Assembly: GCA_963791045.1 (NCBI GenBank)
Contig: CAWBQK010000017.1
Coordinates: 160,001-224,000, forward strand
Source of the DNA: Candidatus Latescibacterota bacterium
GTDB taxonomy: Bacteria; Krumholzibacteriota; Krumholzibacteriia; WVZY01
Reading direction: 5' to 3'
Length of the DNA: 64,000 bases
How positions within the stretch are numbered: the stretch's first letter is position 1; the number at the start of each line of letters is the position of its first letter. Of the stretch, positions 52,170 to 61,104 are shown piece after piece. Position numbers and translations under genes: made by a program. The notes beneath the pieces were generated by a model. The model was not told the origin of the DNA and did not search any database. It saw only the letters and a program-made list of their open reading frames with translations.

Positions 52170-52381
52170 ACCGGTACACGCTACAATACAATGAAACCAC
52201 TTTCCTGGTTTATGTTAACCGATCCAAGGGGCAAAGCAAGGGCCTTTTTGATCGCTGTTCGATTTCGATGTCCAGGGCCGAGAGACACCCGTCGTTTCGA
52301 GGTTTTGCAATTCCGCCGAAATTGGGATATATTCTTTACAGATAGTAGCATCAGCGCCGAGGCTTCTCTAAAAGGAGAACT

Positions 52382-52906
52382 ATCTTCGAGAACGTTCTGG
52401 TTTTGAACGCGTCATTTGAACCGCTCAACGTGATCAATTGGAAGCGGGCGATGAAGCTCGTTTTCCTCGACAAGGTGGAAGTGCTTGAGGAATCCGATCA
52501 CGTGATTCGTTCGACAACACTGTCGATGCGCGTCCCCGCCGTGATTCGTCTGGTTCGTTTTGTTCGGTTTCGGCGATGGGATGTTAAATTTTCGCGGCAA
52601 AACATTTATGCGCGGGACAAGTACCGGTGCCAGTACTGCGGCGAGGAGTTCGCGCCCAAAGACCTCACCTGCGATCACGTCATTCCGAGATCGCAGGGTG
52701 GCCCGACAGAGTGGACCAATATTGTTGCCAGCTGCGGCAAGTGCAATCGCAAGAAGGGCGGAATGACTCCGGCACAGGCCGGGCTTCGGTTGTTGAAGAA
52801 TCCGTCACGGCCAAGCTGGTTGATAGCATTCAAGACACGGTTCAAGGCGAAGGAACCGCCCGACGAGTGGCGCGAGTACTTGTTCGGAATGGGGAGAGGG
52901 AATTGA
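52382..52906 (+). CDS. HNH endonuclease (stand-alone McrA-like family)
   Basis: VLVLNASFEPL, PAVIRL, FSRQNIYARD.Y.CQYCG, DHVIPRSQGG..W.N.V..C..CN.KKG; start codon uncertain (ATC 52382). Confidence 0.88.
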   Translation: MFENVLVLNASFEPLNVINWKRAMKLVFLDKVEVLEESDHVIRSTTLSMRVPAVIRLVRFVRFRRWDVKFSRQNIYARDKYRCQYCGEEFAPKDLTCDHVIPRSQGGPTEWTNIVASCGKCNRKKGGMTPAQAGLRLLKNPSRPSWLIAFKTRFKAKEPPDEWREYLFGMGRGN

Positions 52907-52939
52907 GAACCCGGAAACGAGTGTGGGGAAGGTGGAGGA

Positions 52940-53028
52940 TGGTGCCGGAGGTCGGAATCGAACCGACACGGAGCTAAGGCTCCGGGGGATTTTGAGTCCC
53001 CTGCGTCTACCAATTTCACCACTCCGGC
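52940..53028 (-). tRNA. tRNA-Leu (CAA)
   Basis: GCCGGAGTGGTGAAATTGGTAGACGCAGGGGACT-CAA-AATCCCC, long variable arm, GTTCGATTC, encoded CCA. Confidence 0.97.
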
Positions 53029-53166
53029 ACAATGGTTCGCGGGCCGTCCGGAAGACGCCATTGCCATGTTAATGACATAACCTGCTTATTGTCAAGGCCC
53101 TTCGGAACATCACGTCCTTCTTTTGGACTTGACTTCGGAGTTTGTTTTGATAAGGTTGTTGCTCGT

Positions 53167-53242
53167 GGGGTTGTAGCTCAGCTGGGAGAGCACTTGACTG
53201 GCAGTCAAGAGGTCACGGGTTCGAACCCCGTCAACTCCACCA
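53167..53242 (+). tRNA. tRNA-Ala (GGC)
   Basis: GGGGTTGTAGCTCAGCTGGGAGAGCACTTGACT-GGC-AGTCAAG...GTTCGAACCCCGTCAACTCCACCA; G3:U70 pair. Confidence 0.97.
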
Positions 53243-53366
53243 ACTTTTTGCTCCCACGGAACCGGGTTCCGTCGTCTGGTGGAACCCGGTTCTCCAGGGT
53301 TCACGCTCTCGGAGATGACCGAAGAGACAGGGTAATTGTCAAGGATCACGGGAGAGTGACTGATAC

Positions 53367-54806
53367 GTGGCGACGTTCGTTTGTATTTTCGAGGACAAGA
53401 AGTTTTCCAACTTCTTGCCGTTGTCGTTGAGCCAGCCTGTTTTCGATCTCCGCATTGGCTTCAATAACCTCCGTACACGTCTTCAGGATGACATTGGATC
53501 TGAAAAATTGGGTGTACTCTGCCGCGATTATCTCGCGTCGGTCGTTGAGGCACGCGACGGGACAATCTTGGTAAACAAGGACCCGGAAGGCGAGTCGATT
53601 TTCATCAACGGCCGGCTCCTCTGCTATGCAGAGGAACTGGCGGAGATTCTGGAGAAAATTCCGAACGGCGGGATCGCCGTCAAGGGCGGCTACGTGGTTG
53701 CGGGCAAGCTCGAAGGGGAGGCGGCGACGGATTTTGCCGCGTACATCAAGCGGCGGATTTCCGAGGATACGATCGGCCAGCTTTGTGACGAGCTTAACGG
53801 CTATGTTACCACCGACGCGAAGAAGGAGAACGGAACCAAGAAGAAACGGACAGTCCCTCTTCAGGAAGCCGATGAAGGTACATACGAAGATGACCATGCG
53901 CTGGGTCAGGACAACCTGGCGGAAAAACTCCCAAAACAACTCCTCGATTTGATCGACAAGCACAACCTCAAAAGAGTGGATATGCCGGAGGCTCGGCTCT
54001 TGTCGTTCACCTGGCAGATGATCGAGGAGAACCCGAAGGTTATCGAGGACGATTTTCAAAAATCACCGTTTCGTGGACAGTCGGAAGAAGCGGTGGTGTA
54101 CCCGGGTGTGCGGATGGTGGGTGAGGAGAATATTCTCCTTGGCGAAGGTGTGGTGATCAAGCCGGGCGTGGTCCTCGACGCGTCGTCGGGGCCGATCGTC
54201 ATAAATGATGGAAGCACCATTATGGCAAATGCCCTGGTTCTCGGTCCAACCTATGTTGGGCGTGGAAGCATCATCAAAGCCGGGGCAAAGATACTTGAGG
54301 GTACCTCGGTGGGCGACGTGTGTAAGATCGGGGGCGAAGTCGATTCTACGATATTTGGGAACTGGACGAACAAACAGCATGACGGCTTCCTCGGTCATTC
54401 TTATCTCGGCGAATGGGTCAACATCGGGGCGGGTTCGAACAACAGCGATTTAAAAAACAATTACAGCGCGGTTCGAATGTGGTGTGGGGGGATGATTAGG
54501 GAAACAGGCCGGCAGTTCCTCGGACTCATAATGGGTGACCACACGAAGGTGGGGATCGGAACACTCTTCAACTCCGGGACTGTCGTCGGTTTCAACTGCA
54601 ATGTGTTCGGGAATGAAATGGTGCAAAAATTTGTCCCAAGTTATTCGTGGGGACACGGCCGAGGCGTGTCCGATTACGCTCTTGAAAAAGCGATGCTGAC
54701 GGCACAGGTAGTGATGGAAAGACGTGATGTGAAGTATGTGGAGGCATACCAAAACCTGTTTCAGAAGATTTCTGAACTTTCTCAGCGGTCCGGCCGGAAC
54801 ATCTGA
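53367..54806 (+). CDS. GlmU-like putative sugar nucleotidyltransferase/acetyltransferase (Bacteroidota alternative GlmU type)
   Basis: IFED....F.PL....P.FDLRIG, hexapeptide region, CKIGGEV...NKQHDGFLGHSYLGEWVNIGAG.N.SDLKNNY, GDH.K.GI.T.FN.GT. Confidence 0.88.
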   Translation: MATFVCIFEDKKFSNFLPLSLSQPVFDLRIGFNNLRTRLQDDIGSEKLGVLCRDYLASVVEARDGTILVNKDPEGESIFINGRLLCYAEELAEILEKIPNGGIAVKGGYVVAGKLEGEAATDFAAYIKRRISEDTIGQLCDELNGYVTTDAKKENGTKKKRTVPLQEADEGTYEDDHALGQDNLAEKLPKQLLDLIDKHNLKRVDMPEARLLSFTWQMIEENPKVIEDDFQKSPFRGQSEEAVVYPGVRMVGEENILLGEGVVIKPGVVLDASSGPIVINDGSTIMANALVLGPTYVGRGSIIKAGAKILEGTSVGDVCKIGGEVDSTIFGNWTNKQHDGFLGHSYLGEWVNIGAGSNNSDLKNNYSAVRMWCGGMIRETGRQFLGLIMGDHTKVGIGTLFNSGTVVGFNCNVFGNEMVQKFVPSYSWGHGRGVSDYALEKAMLTAQVVMERRDVKYVEAYQNLFQKISELSQRSGRNI

Positions 54807-54990
54807 CCGCGGCAAACCCTTCCCGGTACTAACCCGATACGAAAAGATCCTACTCGATTTAACCACGCCGTCTGACGGCTCCACCGGCGATTTACTCCGC
54901 GTGCGCGATAGTCGTCGGTCATCCTCACCCAGATCCCTTGAATTCCTGGTACGCTCTATATCATTGAAAGAACAATAAGTTAGGCAACGA

Positions 54991-55287
54991 TGATTTTTGT
55001 CCTGGGTGCAACCCCGCAGGGGCGTAGTACCGGCAGGGGCGCCGTTTTCGATGGAGATCTTACCTGCGTGTTCGTAACTGTATGAATGCCAATCGGGTAG
55101 CATTGAGGCGGTGATAGCTTGTGTCGCGATGCGGCGCCTTTGATGCCGCGGCACGTACCTTGATATAGCCAGGGTGACATCAAATAAGACCCTGCCTTAC
55201 AGGTGAGTTGCTTTGGCATAGGCCCATTCCTCAAGGTAAATGCTGTTCAGCGAGTCCAGGCACACGGTAAGGCGGGGATCTTTTTTT
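54991..55287 (+). ncRNA. Candidate structured ncRNA (192-nt rod with central bubble, possibly 6S-like, followed by a ~90-nt rod and U-tract)
   Basis: Hand-derived nested stems rich in G-U pairs valid only on the + strand; no credible ORF. Confidence 0.5.
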
Positions 55288-55329
55288 CCCCCTGAAATCC
55301 ACTCCGACTCTCCGCAGCAACGACCTCGA

Positions 55330-55359
55330 TTGACACCGTTTCCACCACTTTGCTATTGT
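55330..55359 (+). promoter_or_regulatory. sigma70 promoter for sppA
   Basis: TTGACA-N18-TATTGT with extended TG. Confidence 0.55.
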
Positions 55360-55425
55360 AAGACTGTTCGTTCTCCCTGCTGACTGCTTCGGCGTAGTTA
55401 TTATTTATCCGATAGAAGGCATTTC

Positions 55426-56303
55426 ATGGCTCAAAAAGGCAATCTCCTGTTTTTGGTTTTGTTTGGTATCGCACTCGCTGTGACGGTATTCGTGGCCATG
55501 GTGTATATCGCCTTTGTGTTCGTGTCGGACAGCGACGTGGCGTTCGGAGACGCAGTTGCCGTCGTCGACATCACCGGGGTGCTGAGTTACGATCTGAGCA
55601 AGATCCAGGAGATCGAGGGATACCGCGACAACGACAACGTCAAGGCCGTCTTGTTGTTCATAAATAGCCCCGGAGGTGGGGTCGCGGCCTCGCAGGCGCT
55701 CTACCACGCCGTTGAGACGTTGCGTGAGGTCAAACCCGTGGTCGCGATGATGGGATCCGTCGCGGCTTCCGGCGGATACTACGTGGCGTGCGCGGCGGAC
55801 ACGATCCTGGCCCACGAGGGAACGATTACAGGGAGCATTGGTGTATTGGCGGAGTATCTCCGTACGGAGGAGCTCTATCACAAGATCGGGCTCGACGTCA
55901 TCGTGCTCAAGTCGGGCAAAGTACAAGGATGTAGGATCGCAACACCGGGCGATGACCGGTGATGAAAAGGCCTACCTGGGGCAGCTCCTGGACACCGTCT
56001 ACGACCAGTTCGTGGAGGCAGTGGCCGAGGGGCGGGGGATGAACGTTCGGCAGGTCCGACGGCTGGCCGAAGGCCGGCTATACTCCGGGGAAGAGGCCGT
56101 TGAGGTCGGTCTGGTGGATCAGATAGGAACGTACGAGATGGCGCTGGAAATCGCTGCCGAAATGGGGGGTATCGAGGGCAGTCCGCGGGTGTTGAAGAGA
56201 CAGATCAGAAGGCCACTGGTGGAGAGGATTTTGGGGCAATCGGTGCCTGCCTTGCCGCTGACCGCGGGATGACCGGGTCAGCCTCAAATATATAATCCCG
56301 TAA
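55426..56303 (+). CDS. sppA: Signal peptide peptidase SppA (36K type); two single-base insertions (~55918, ~56266)
   Basis: INSPGG.V.AS, AASGGYY, TGSIGV in frame 1; KYKD...F...VAEGR...G..YSGE.A...GLVD.IG in frame 2. Confidence 0.88.
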
Positions 56304-56479
56304 ATTATTATTTGACACCACCTCACTTGTATGCTAGTTTGTTGTCGCTGGCTGATCGGGTTCTATTTGCCCCGCCACGAGGTGCAGCAGACCTCAGGTT
56401 AGACGAGTCGTCTATGGCCGGGGGGGCCGGAGCCGTCTTTCAGGGAGAGAAATCCCACAACAAGACGAGGTGAAGGATA

Positions 56480-56767
56480 ATGACAAAAGCCGATTTGGTG
56501 GAAGAGATTTCGAGGCAAACGGGACTGAACAAAAAGGACACCAGCATCGTTGTAAACGAAATCATCGCAAACATTTGTCGTGCGCTTGCCGAAGGCGACA
56601 AAGTTGAGCTGCGTGGCTTTGGAAGTTTTAAAGTTAAAGAGCGTCGTGCTCGAAAAGCGAGAAACCCCAGAACGGGTGCGGGTGTCTTCGTTCCCGCCAA
56701 ACTCGTTCCATACTTCAAAGCATCGAACGAACTGAAGTCGCGGGTCAATCACGACCAAAGCGAATAG
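56480..56767 (+). CDS. HU/IHF family nucleoid protein
   Basis: MTKADLVE, VELRGFGSF.V..R.ARKARNPRTG..V.VP...VP.FK. Confidence 0.95.
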   Translation: MTKADLVEEISRQTGLNKKDTSIVVNEIIANICRALAEGDKVELRGFGSFKVKERRARKARNPRTGAGVFVPAKLVPYFKASNELKSRVNHDQSE

Positions 56768-56788
56768 CATCGAAAGGGTTGCAAAGAT

Positions 56789-56881
56789 ATGCCTTGTGGG
56801 AGAAAAAGAAAAAGAAAAAAGATAGCGACTCACAAACGCAAGAAAAGATTGCGGAAGAACCGGCACAAGAAGAAGAAGTAA
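56789..56881 (+). CDS. Small ribosomal subunit protein bS22-like (AURKAIP1/COX24/mS38 domain), 30 aa
   Basis: Translated by hand: MPCGRKRKRKKIATHKRKKRLRKNRHKKKK; below the ORF-track cutoff. Confidence 0.85.
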   Translation: MPCGRKRKRKKIATHKRKKRLRKNRHKKKK

Positions 56882-57012
56882 TACAACGCCGTTGATGCCG
56901 ACTTATTCGGGTGGCATGAGCGTGTCGCCCTTTGAAATTACCGTCAGTTCAGCCGGCGCCTGGGTCGGCTGAACGTTGACGGTTATGCACTGAACATAAC
57001 AGCGGTTTATAC

Positions 57013-57381
57013 ATGTCATCTGCAGAACGTCGAAAAGCAGTCAGAGCGCCCGCCAAGCTTGCCATGGAAATCAAGCTCGGGGGGGCGGACTTCGGCCAGC
57101 TCAAAACGATCAATGTGAGCGCAAACGGCGTGTACTTCTCGTCTCCCAGCTTTATCCCTCCTTTGACGCGGCTGGAGATTATTCTGCTGATACCTGAAAA
57201 GCTCGATGGGTCTTCGTCGAAAAAGTGCGAGGTATCGTGCGAGGGCGTTGTTGTCCGTACGGAGCCCGAAGCTGAGGACAAGGCCGTTTCCGCGTACGAT
57301 GTAGCTTGTTATTTTACATCGATCACGGATCATGATCGCGGGCACCTCGAGTCATATATTCTCACCCAACTTTCTTTCTAA
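57013..57381 (+). CDS. PilZ domain protein
   Basis: ERRKAVR (RxxxR) and NVSANG (D/NxSxxG) motifs; G.VVR. Confidence 0.85.
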   Translation: MSSAERRKAVRAPAKLAMEIKLGGADFGQLKTINVSANGVYFSSPSFIPPLTRLEIILLIPEKLDGSSSKKCEVSCEGVVVRTEPEAEDKAVSAYDVACYFTSITDHDRGHLESYILTQLSF

Positions 57382-57498
57382 CAACAACTCACCCAGATTT
57401 GCCGGGCACAATTATCCGACCCCGGCGGACCTACGTCTTTTTCGGAGGATATTTGGGTTGATGCCCTGCGGATGGTGTGGTAAAGAACTATCCAGTGC

Positions 57499-59652
57499 TT
57501 GGAAGTCATTCCACTCGGCCAGCATGAAATGGAGAGCATGGATCCCACCGAAGAATTCAACAAGTCCTTGACCAAACAGGTGTTGCTCGTCTCGCGTGAT
57601 GCGATTTGCGGGGAGGGCCTGAAGAATTTCCTCGAGGGCTCCGGTGTTGACGTCGGGATGGTTGATTCGGCGGTTCAAGCCTTCGATATCCTCGAGCACA
57701 GCGCGCACCATGTCGTTTTTGTCGATGCGGACTGCGTCGGCAAAGATACCGGACGATTCGTTTCGCAGCTTAGAAAACGGCACCCCGACCGTGTGGTCAT
57801 GGTCGCTGCTACCAGGCCCTCCAGCACGTTATTGATCAAATTGATTCATGCCGGCGTCCAGCATTTTGTTCCCAAGCCACTCGACGAGAAGAAGGTGGCG
57901 GGGACGGTGCGGACGATTTGTGAGAGGCGGGAGCAGGCCGCAGCCGCATTCATTGCCGGAAACAAATCGGGTTCCGCCATAACGAGTCGTCCCGGGGGCA
58001 TGTCGAATGAAATTCACCTGGCCAATCAGCAGCTGCAGAACGCCAACGAGACGCTCCGAAAGCAAGTTTCCCAACTGACGATTCTCTATCAGATGGGGAG
58101 AGATATTTCTGAGAACGAAAACTGGAGCGACGCCCTCGATCGTTTTCTTATGGCGCTGGTCAATTATGGAAAAGCGGACGGTGCATCGTTACTTTTGTTT
58201 AGCGGAAATCAAACACGTCTCGCGCCGCGAACAAACTTTCAAATAGACCCGTTACAACTCGAACAGGTTTGCGACACGCTGCTCGCCGAATGGGGGGAGA
58301 ACCCGCGCGGTTCCGAAATCCATTCGATCGAGAGCTACGAAGATAGGATATTCAATACGTGTCTTGAAAGGTTAAACCGCTGGCGTATGACGATTGTCCC
58401 CCTCAGGTACAGAAACCGCTGGTGGGGATTCCTTCTCGTAGAAAAAACCTACAAATCGAGTCATCAATTCCGGATTGACTACCCGTTTCTCACCACAATC
58501 CAAACGATCCTCGCCGAAGAAGTGGCGAACGCGTCCTATATTAGCGATCTTCGTCAACTCACTCGCTTCAACCAGAATGTCCTCGACAACATAAACAGTG
58601 GAGTGATTACCACCGATCTGGACGGATATGTTTTGTTCTGGAATCATCTCGCGCACCAGATGTGTCCAAAACTTGTTGGCGGCAGTCGAGTTCACTTTGA
58701 TGAGCTTTTCAGGCACCCTGACTTTCCTTCCGGGATAACGGACGGAATGATGGGTTCGGATGCCGACACGCGTTCACTCGAGGTCGTTTACCTTGGGGAT
58801 CGAGACCAGGAATACCCCGCGCGGATAAGCATTGCGAGAATGCACGACGACAATTTGAACGGAACGGTCCTCGTGGGGATTTTTGAGGATCTGACGGAAC
58901 AGAGACGGCTCGAAGCGGCGGTGCGCAGGAACGATCGGCTTCGCGTCCTTGGTCAGCTTTCGGCAAGCGTGGCCCACGAAATCAGAAACCCGCTCACGGG
59001 AATTGCGACCAGCGCCGAGATACTTGGGAAACGAGTCGGCGAAGAGAACACAAAGTATGTGCGGGCGATCCTGGACGAAACCAATCGGCTCGACGGCATT
59101 ATCCGGGATCTGCTCAATTTCGCCAGGCCGGCGAAACCGCAGATGGGTCCGTGCGCGTTGGGAGACGTTTCGGGGCGGGTGATTAATCTCGTTTCCGACC
59201 AGGCGGCAAAAAAAGGTGTGGATATAAACGTTCAGGATGAGCTCGACAACGATATGTGTACGGCCGACGCAAACCAGCTTACACAAGTTCTGCTCAACCT
59301 GGTATTGAACGCCGTCGACGTGTGTTCCGATGGCGATTGTGTCGAGATATCTCTGAGCAGGGAAGCGGCGGCTGGAGATCAGAGTCACGGATACGCGCGA
59401 ATCGATGTGTCGGACACCGGTCCCGGTGTTCCTGATACCATTCGCGGCACGCTGTTCGATCCATTTGTAACAACAAAGACTCATGGAACCGGGCTTGGGT
59501 TGGCGATAAGTCAGCAGATCGTCGAGGAGCACCGGGGAGAGATTCGGTGTGAGTTCTTGAAGAACGGAACACGTTTCACTATCCGTTTGCCTCTCGAAAA
59601 AACGAAGTTCGTTTCGAAGGGGCACGTAAATCGTAAAGCAGGGGAGCATTGA
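57499..59652 (+). CDS. Cytoplasmic sensor histidine kinase (degenerate REC, GAF-like, PAS, HisKA, HATPase)
   Basis: AHEIRNPL, QVLLNLVLNA, DTGPGV, FDPFVTTK..GTGLGL; start may be ATG ~57529. Confidence 0.9.
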   Translation: MEVIPLGQHEMESMDPTEEFNKSLTKQVLLVSRDAICGEGLKNFLEGSGVDVGMVDSAVQAFDILEHSAHHVVFVDADCVGKDTGRFVSQLRKRHPDRVVMVAATRPSSTLLIKLIHAGVQHFVPKPLDEKKVAGTVRTICERREQAAAAFIAGNKSGSAITSRPGGMSNEIHLANQQLQNANETLRKQVSQLTILYQMGRDISENENWSDALDRFLMALVNYGKADGASLLLFSGNQTRLAPRTNFQIDPLQLEQVCDTLLAEWGENPRGSEIHSIESYEDRIFNTCLERLNRWRMTIVPLRYRNRWWGFLLVEKTYKSSHQFRIDYPFLTTIQTILAEEVANASYISDLRQLTRFNQNVLDNINSGVITTDLDGYVLFWNHLAHQMCPKLVGGSRVHFDELFRHPDFPSGITDGMMGSDADTRSLEVVYLGDRDQEYPARISIARMHDDNLNGTVLVGIFEDLTEQRRLEAAVRRNDRLRVLGQLSASVAHEIRNPLTGIATSAEILGKRVGEENTKYVRAILDETNRLDGIIRDLLNFARPAKPQMGPCALGDVSGRVINLVSDQAAKKGVDINVQDELDNDMCTADANQLTQVLLNLVLNAVDVCSDGDCVEISLSREAAAGDQSHGYARIDVSDTGPGVPDTIRGTLFDPFVTTKTHGTGLGLAISQQIVEEHRGEIRCEFLKNGTRFTIRLPLEKTKFVSKGHVNRKAGEH

Positions 59653-59653
59653 T

Positions 59654-61039
59654 ATGGCGAAACTGATTCTTGTCGTTGACGACGAAAAAACGATCCGTTG
59701 GTCCCTTGGAGAAGCGCTCAAGGAAGATGGGTACGAAGTGGTCGAAGCCGAGAACGGCGAGAAGGGGCTGGAGTTCTTCAAGGACCGCTCGCCGGACCTC
59801 ATACTGCTCGACCTGAGGCTGCCGGGTGAAGACGGCATATCGATTTTGAAGAAAATCAGAAGCGTAGATTCCGATGTTCCCGTGATCATGATGACCGCGT
59901 ACGGCGAGGTTGAGACCGCCGTTGACGCGATGAAGTCGGGAGCGTACGACTTCGTTCTAAAACCATTTGCCCTGGAAAAACTCAAGATTACGATCAAGAA
60001 TGCGCTCGAAGTTCAGGGCCTCAAGGATGAGATCGCTTATCTCAAGAAAAGATCAACGCCCCGGATTGGGTTCAAGGAGTTTATAGGCCAGAGCGCTCAG
60101 ATGAAGGAGATTTTTACGAAGCTTCAGAAAATCGGGAAAAGCAAGGCCAATACGATCTTGATCACCGGTGAAAGCGGGGTTGGAAAAGAACTCGTGGCGA
60201 GGACGGTTCACAGCTGCAGCCATGAAGCACCGCGACCGTTTATGGAGATCAACTGTGCGTCGGTTCCGGAAACGCTTCTCGAAAGCGAATTGTTTGGTTA
60301 TGAAAAAGGAGCCTTCACCGACGCGAAGACAAGAAAAAAGGGACTCGTCGAACTTGCCGAGGGCGGGACACTTTTTCTCGACGAGATCGGCGAGATGGGA
60401 ATTACGCTGCAGTCGCGGTTGCTTCGCGTCATCGAGAACAAGACATTCCGGCGCGTCGGCGGTGTTCAGGATCTCATGGTGAACACAAGAATCGTTGCGG
60501 CCACCAACAGGGATCTCGAGAAAGAGATCGAAGACAAGACCTTTCGCAAGGATTTGTACTATCGGCTGAAGGTGATTCCTGTCCACGTTCCTCCACTGCG
60601 TGAAAGAAGGGACGACGTCCCCCTCCTTGTGAACTTTTTTGTCGACCGGTTCAACCGCGAACTGGGCAAAAAGGTCAATCCGGTGGGACGAGAAGCGATG
60701 GAAGCGCTCGTCGCGTACGACTGGCCCGGAAACGTCAGGGAACTCAAGAATGTAATTGAACGTGCGATGCTGCTCGACGCGGACACGGACATTCTCCTCG
60801 AGCATCTTCCGGGAGAAATCTACAACGGCGACACTGTTCAAACCGGCTCTGATAAGGCGGCAAGTGTTTTGACGAGTTTCTTCCCGATGACCCTTCGTGA
60901 AATAGAGAAGATACAGATCGAGCGGACGCTCGAGCAGACCAACGGAAACAAGTCCAAAGCAGCCAATATTCTTGGAATCTCGCGCCAGACCCTTCGGGAA
61001 AAGCTAAAACAATTCCAGGCGGCGCAAAAGACCGAATAG
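59654..61039 (+). CDS. NtrC-family sigma54-dependent response regulator
   Basis: VVDDE, LLDL, KP; GESGVGKE, ESELFGYEKGAFTDA, FLDEIG, WPGNVREL, Fis-type HTH. Confidence 0.95.
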   Translation: MAKLILVVDDEKTIRWSLGEALKEDGYEVVEAENGEKGLEFFKDRSPDLILLDLRLPGEDGISILKKIRSVDSDVPVIMMTAYGEVETAVDAMKSGAYDFVLKPFALEKLKITIKNALEVQGLKDEIAYLKKRSTPRIGFKEFIGQSAQMKEIFTKLQKIGKSKANTILITGESGVGKELVARTVHSCSHEAPRPFMEINCASVPETLLESELFGYEKGAFTDAKTRKKGLVELAEGGTLFLDEIGEMGITLQSRLLRVIENKTFRRVGGVQDLMVNTRIVAATNRDLEKEIEDKTFRKDLYYRLKVIPVHVPPLRERRDDVPLLVNFFVDRFNRELGKKVNPVGREAMEALVAYDWPGNVRELKNVIERAMLLDADTDILLEHLPGEIYNGDTVQTGSDKAASVLTSFFPMTLREIEKIQIERTLEQTNGNKSKAANILGISRQTLREKLKQFQAAQKTE

Positions 61040-61057
61040 GAATGACCGGGTTTTGCT

Positions 61058-61086
61058 TTGACAAAATGTCAGGTTTTTCTTATCGT
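61058..61086 (+). promoter_or_regulatory. sigma70 promoter overlapped by palindrome TGACA-AAA-TGTCA
   Basis: TTGACA-N17-TATCGT; inverted repeat 61059-61071. Confidence 0.55.
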
Positions 61087-61104
61087 GAAAAACGGTGAAA
61101 CCCG

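Noticed and set aside
52382-53292. HNH gene beside tRNA 3' ends as a possible integrated element or defence island
   Set aside because: No integrase, no tRNA-end duplication and no compositional shift; the flanks are housekeeping genes.
53259-53292. Perfect 12-bp hairpin after tRNA-Ala as a REP/MITE
   Set aside because: Single copy in the window; most simply a tRNA 3' processing or termination hairpin.
54980-55234. 84-aa minus-strand ORF in the structured intergenic region
   Set aside because: No SD or protein-like features; the + strand RNA structure explains the region better.
55910-55925. Programmed frameshift in sppA or other split genes
   Set aside because: No slippery heptamer with a stimulatory structure; similar indels recur in unrelated genes.
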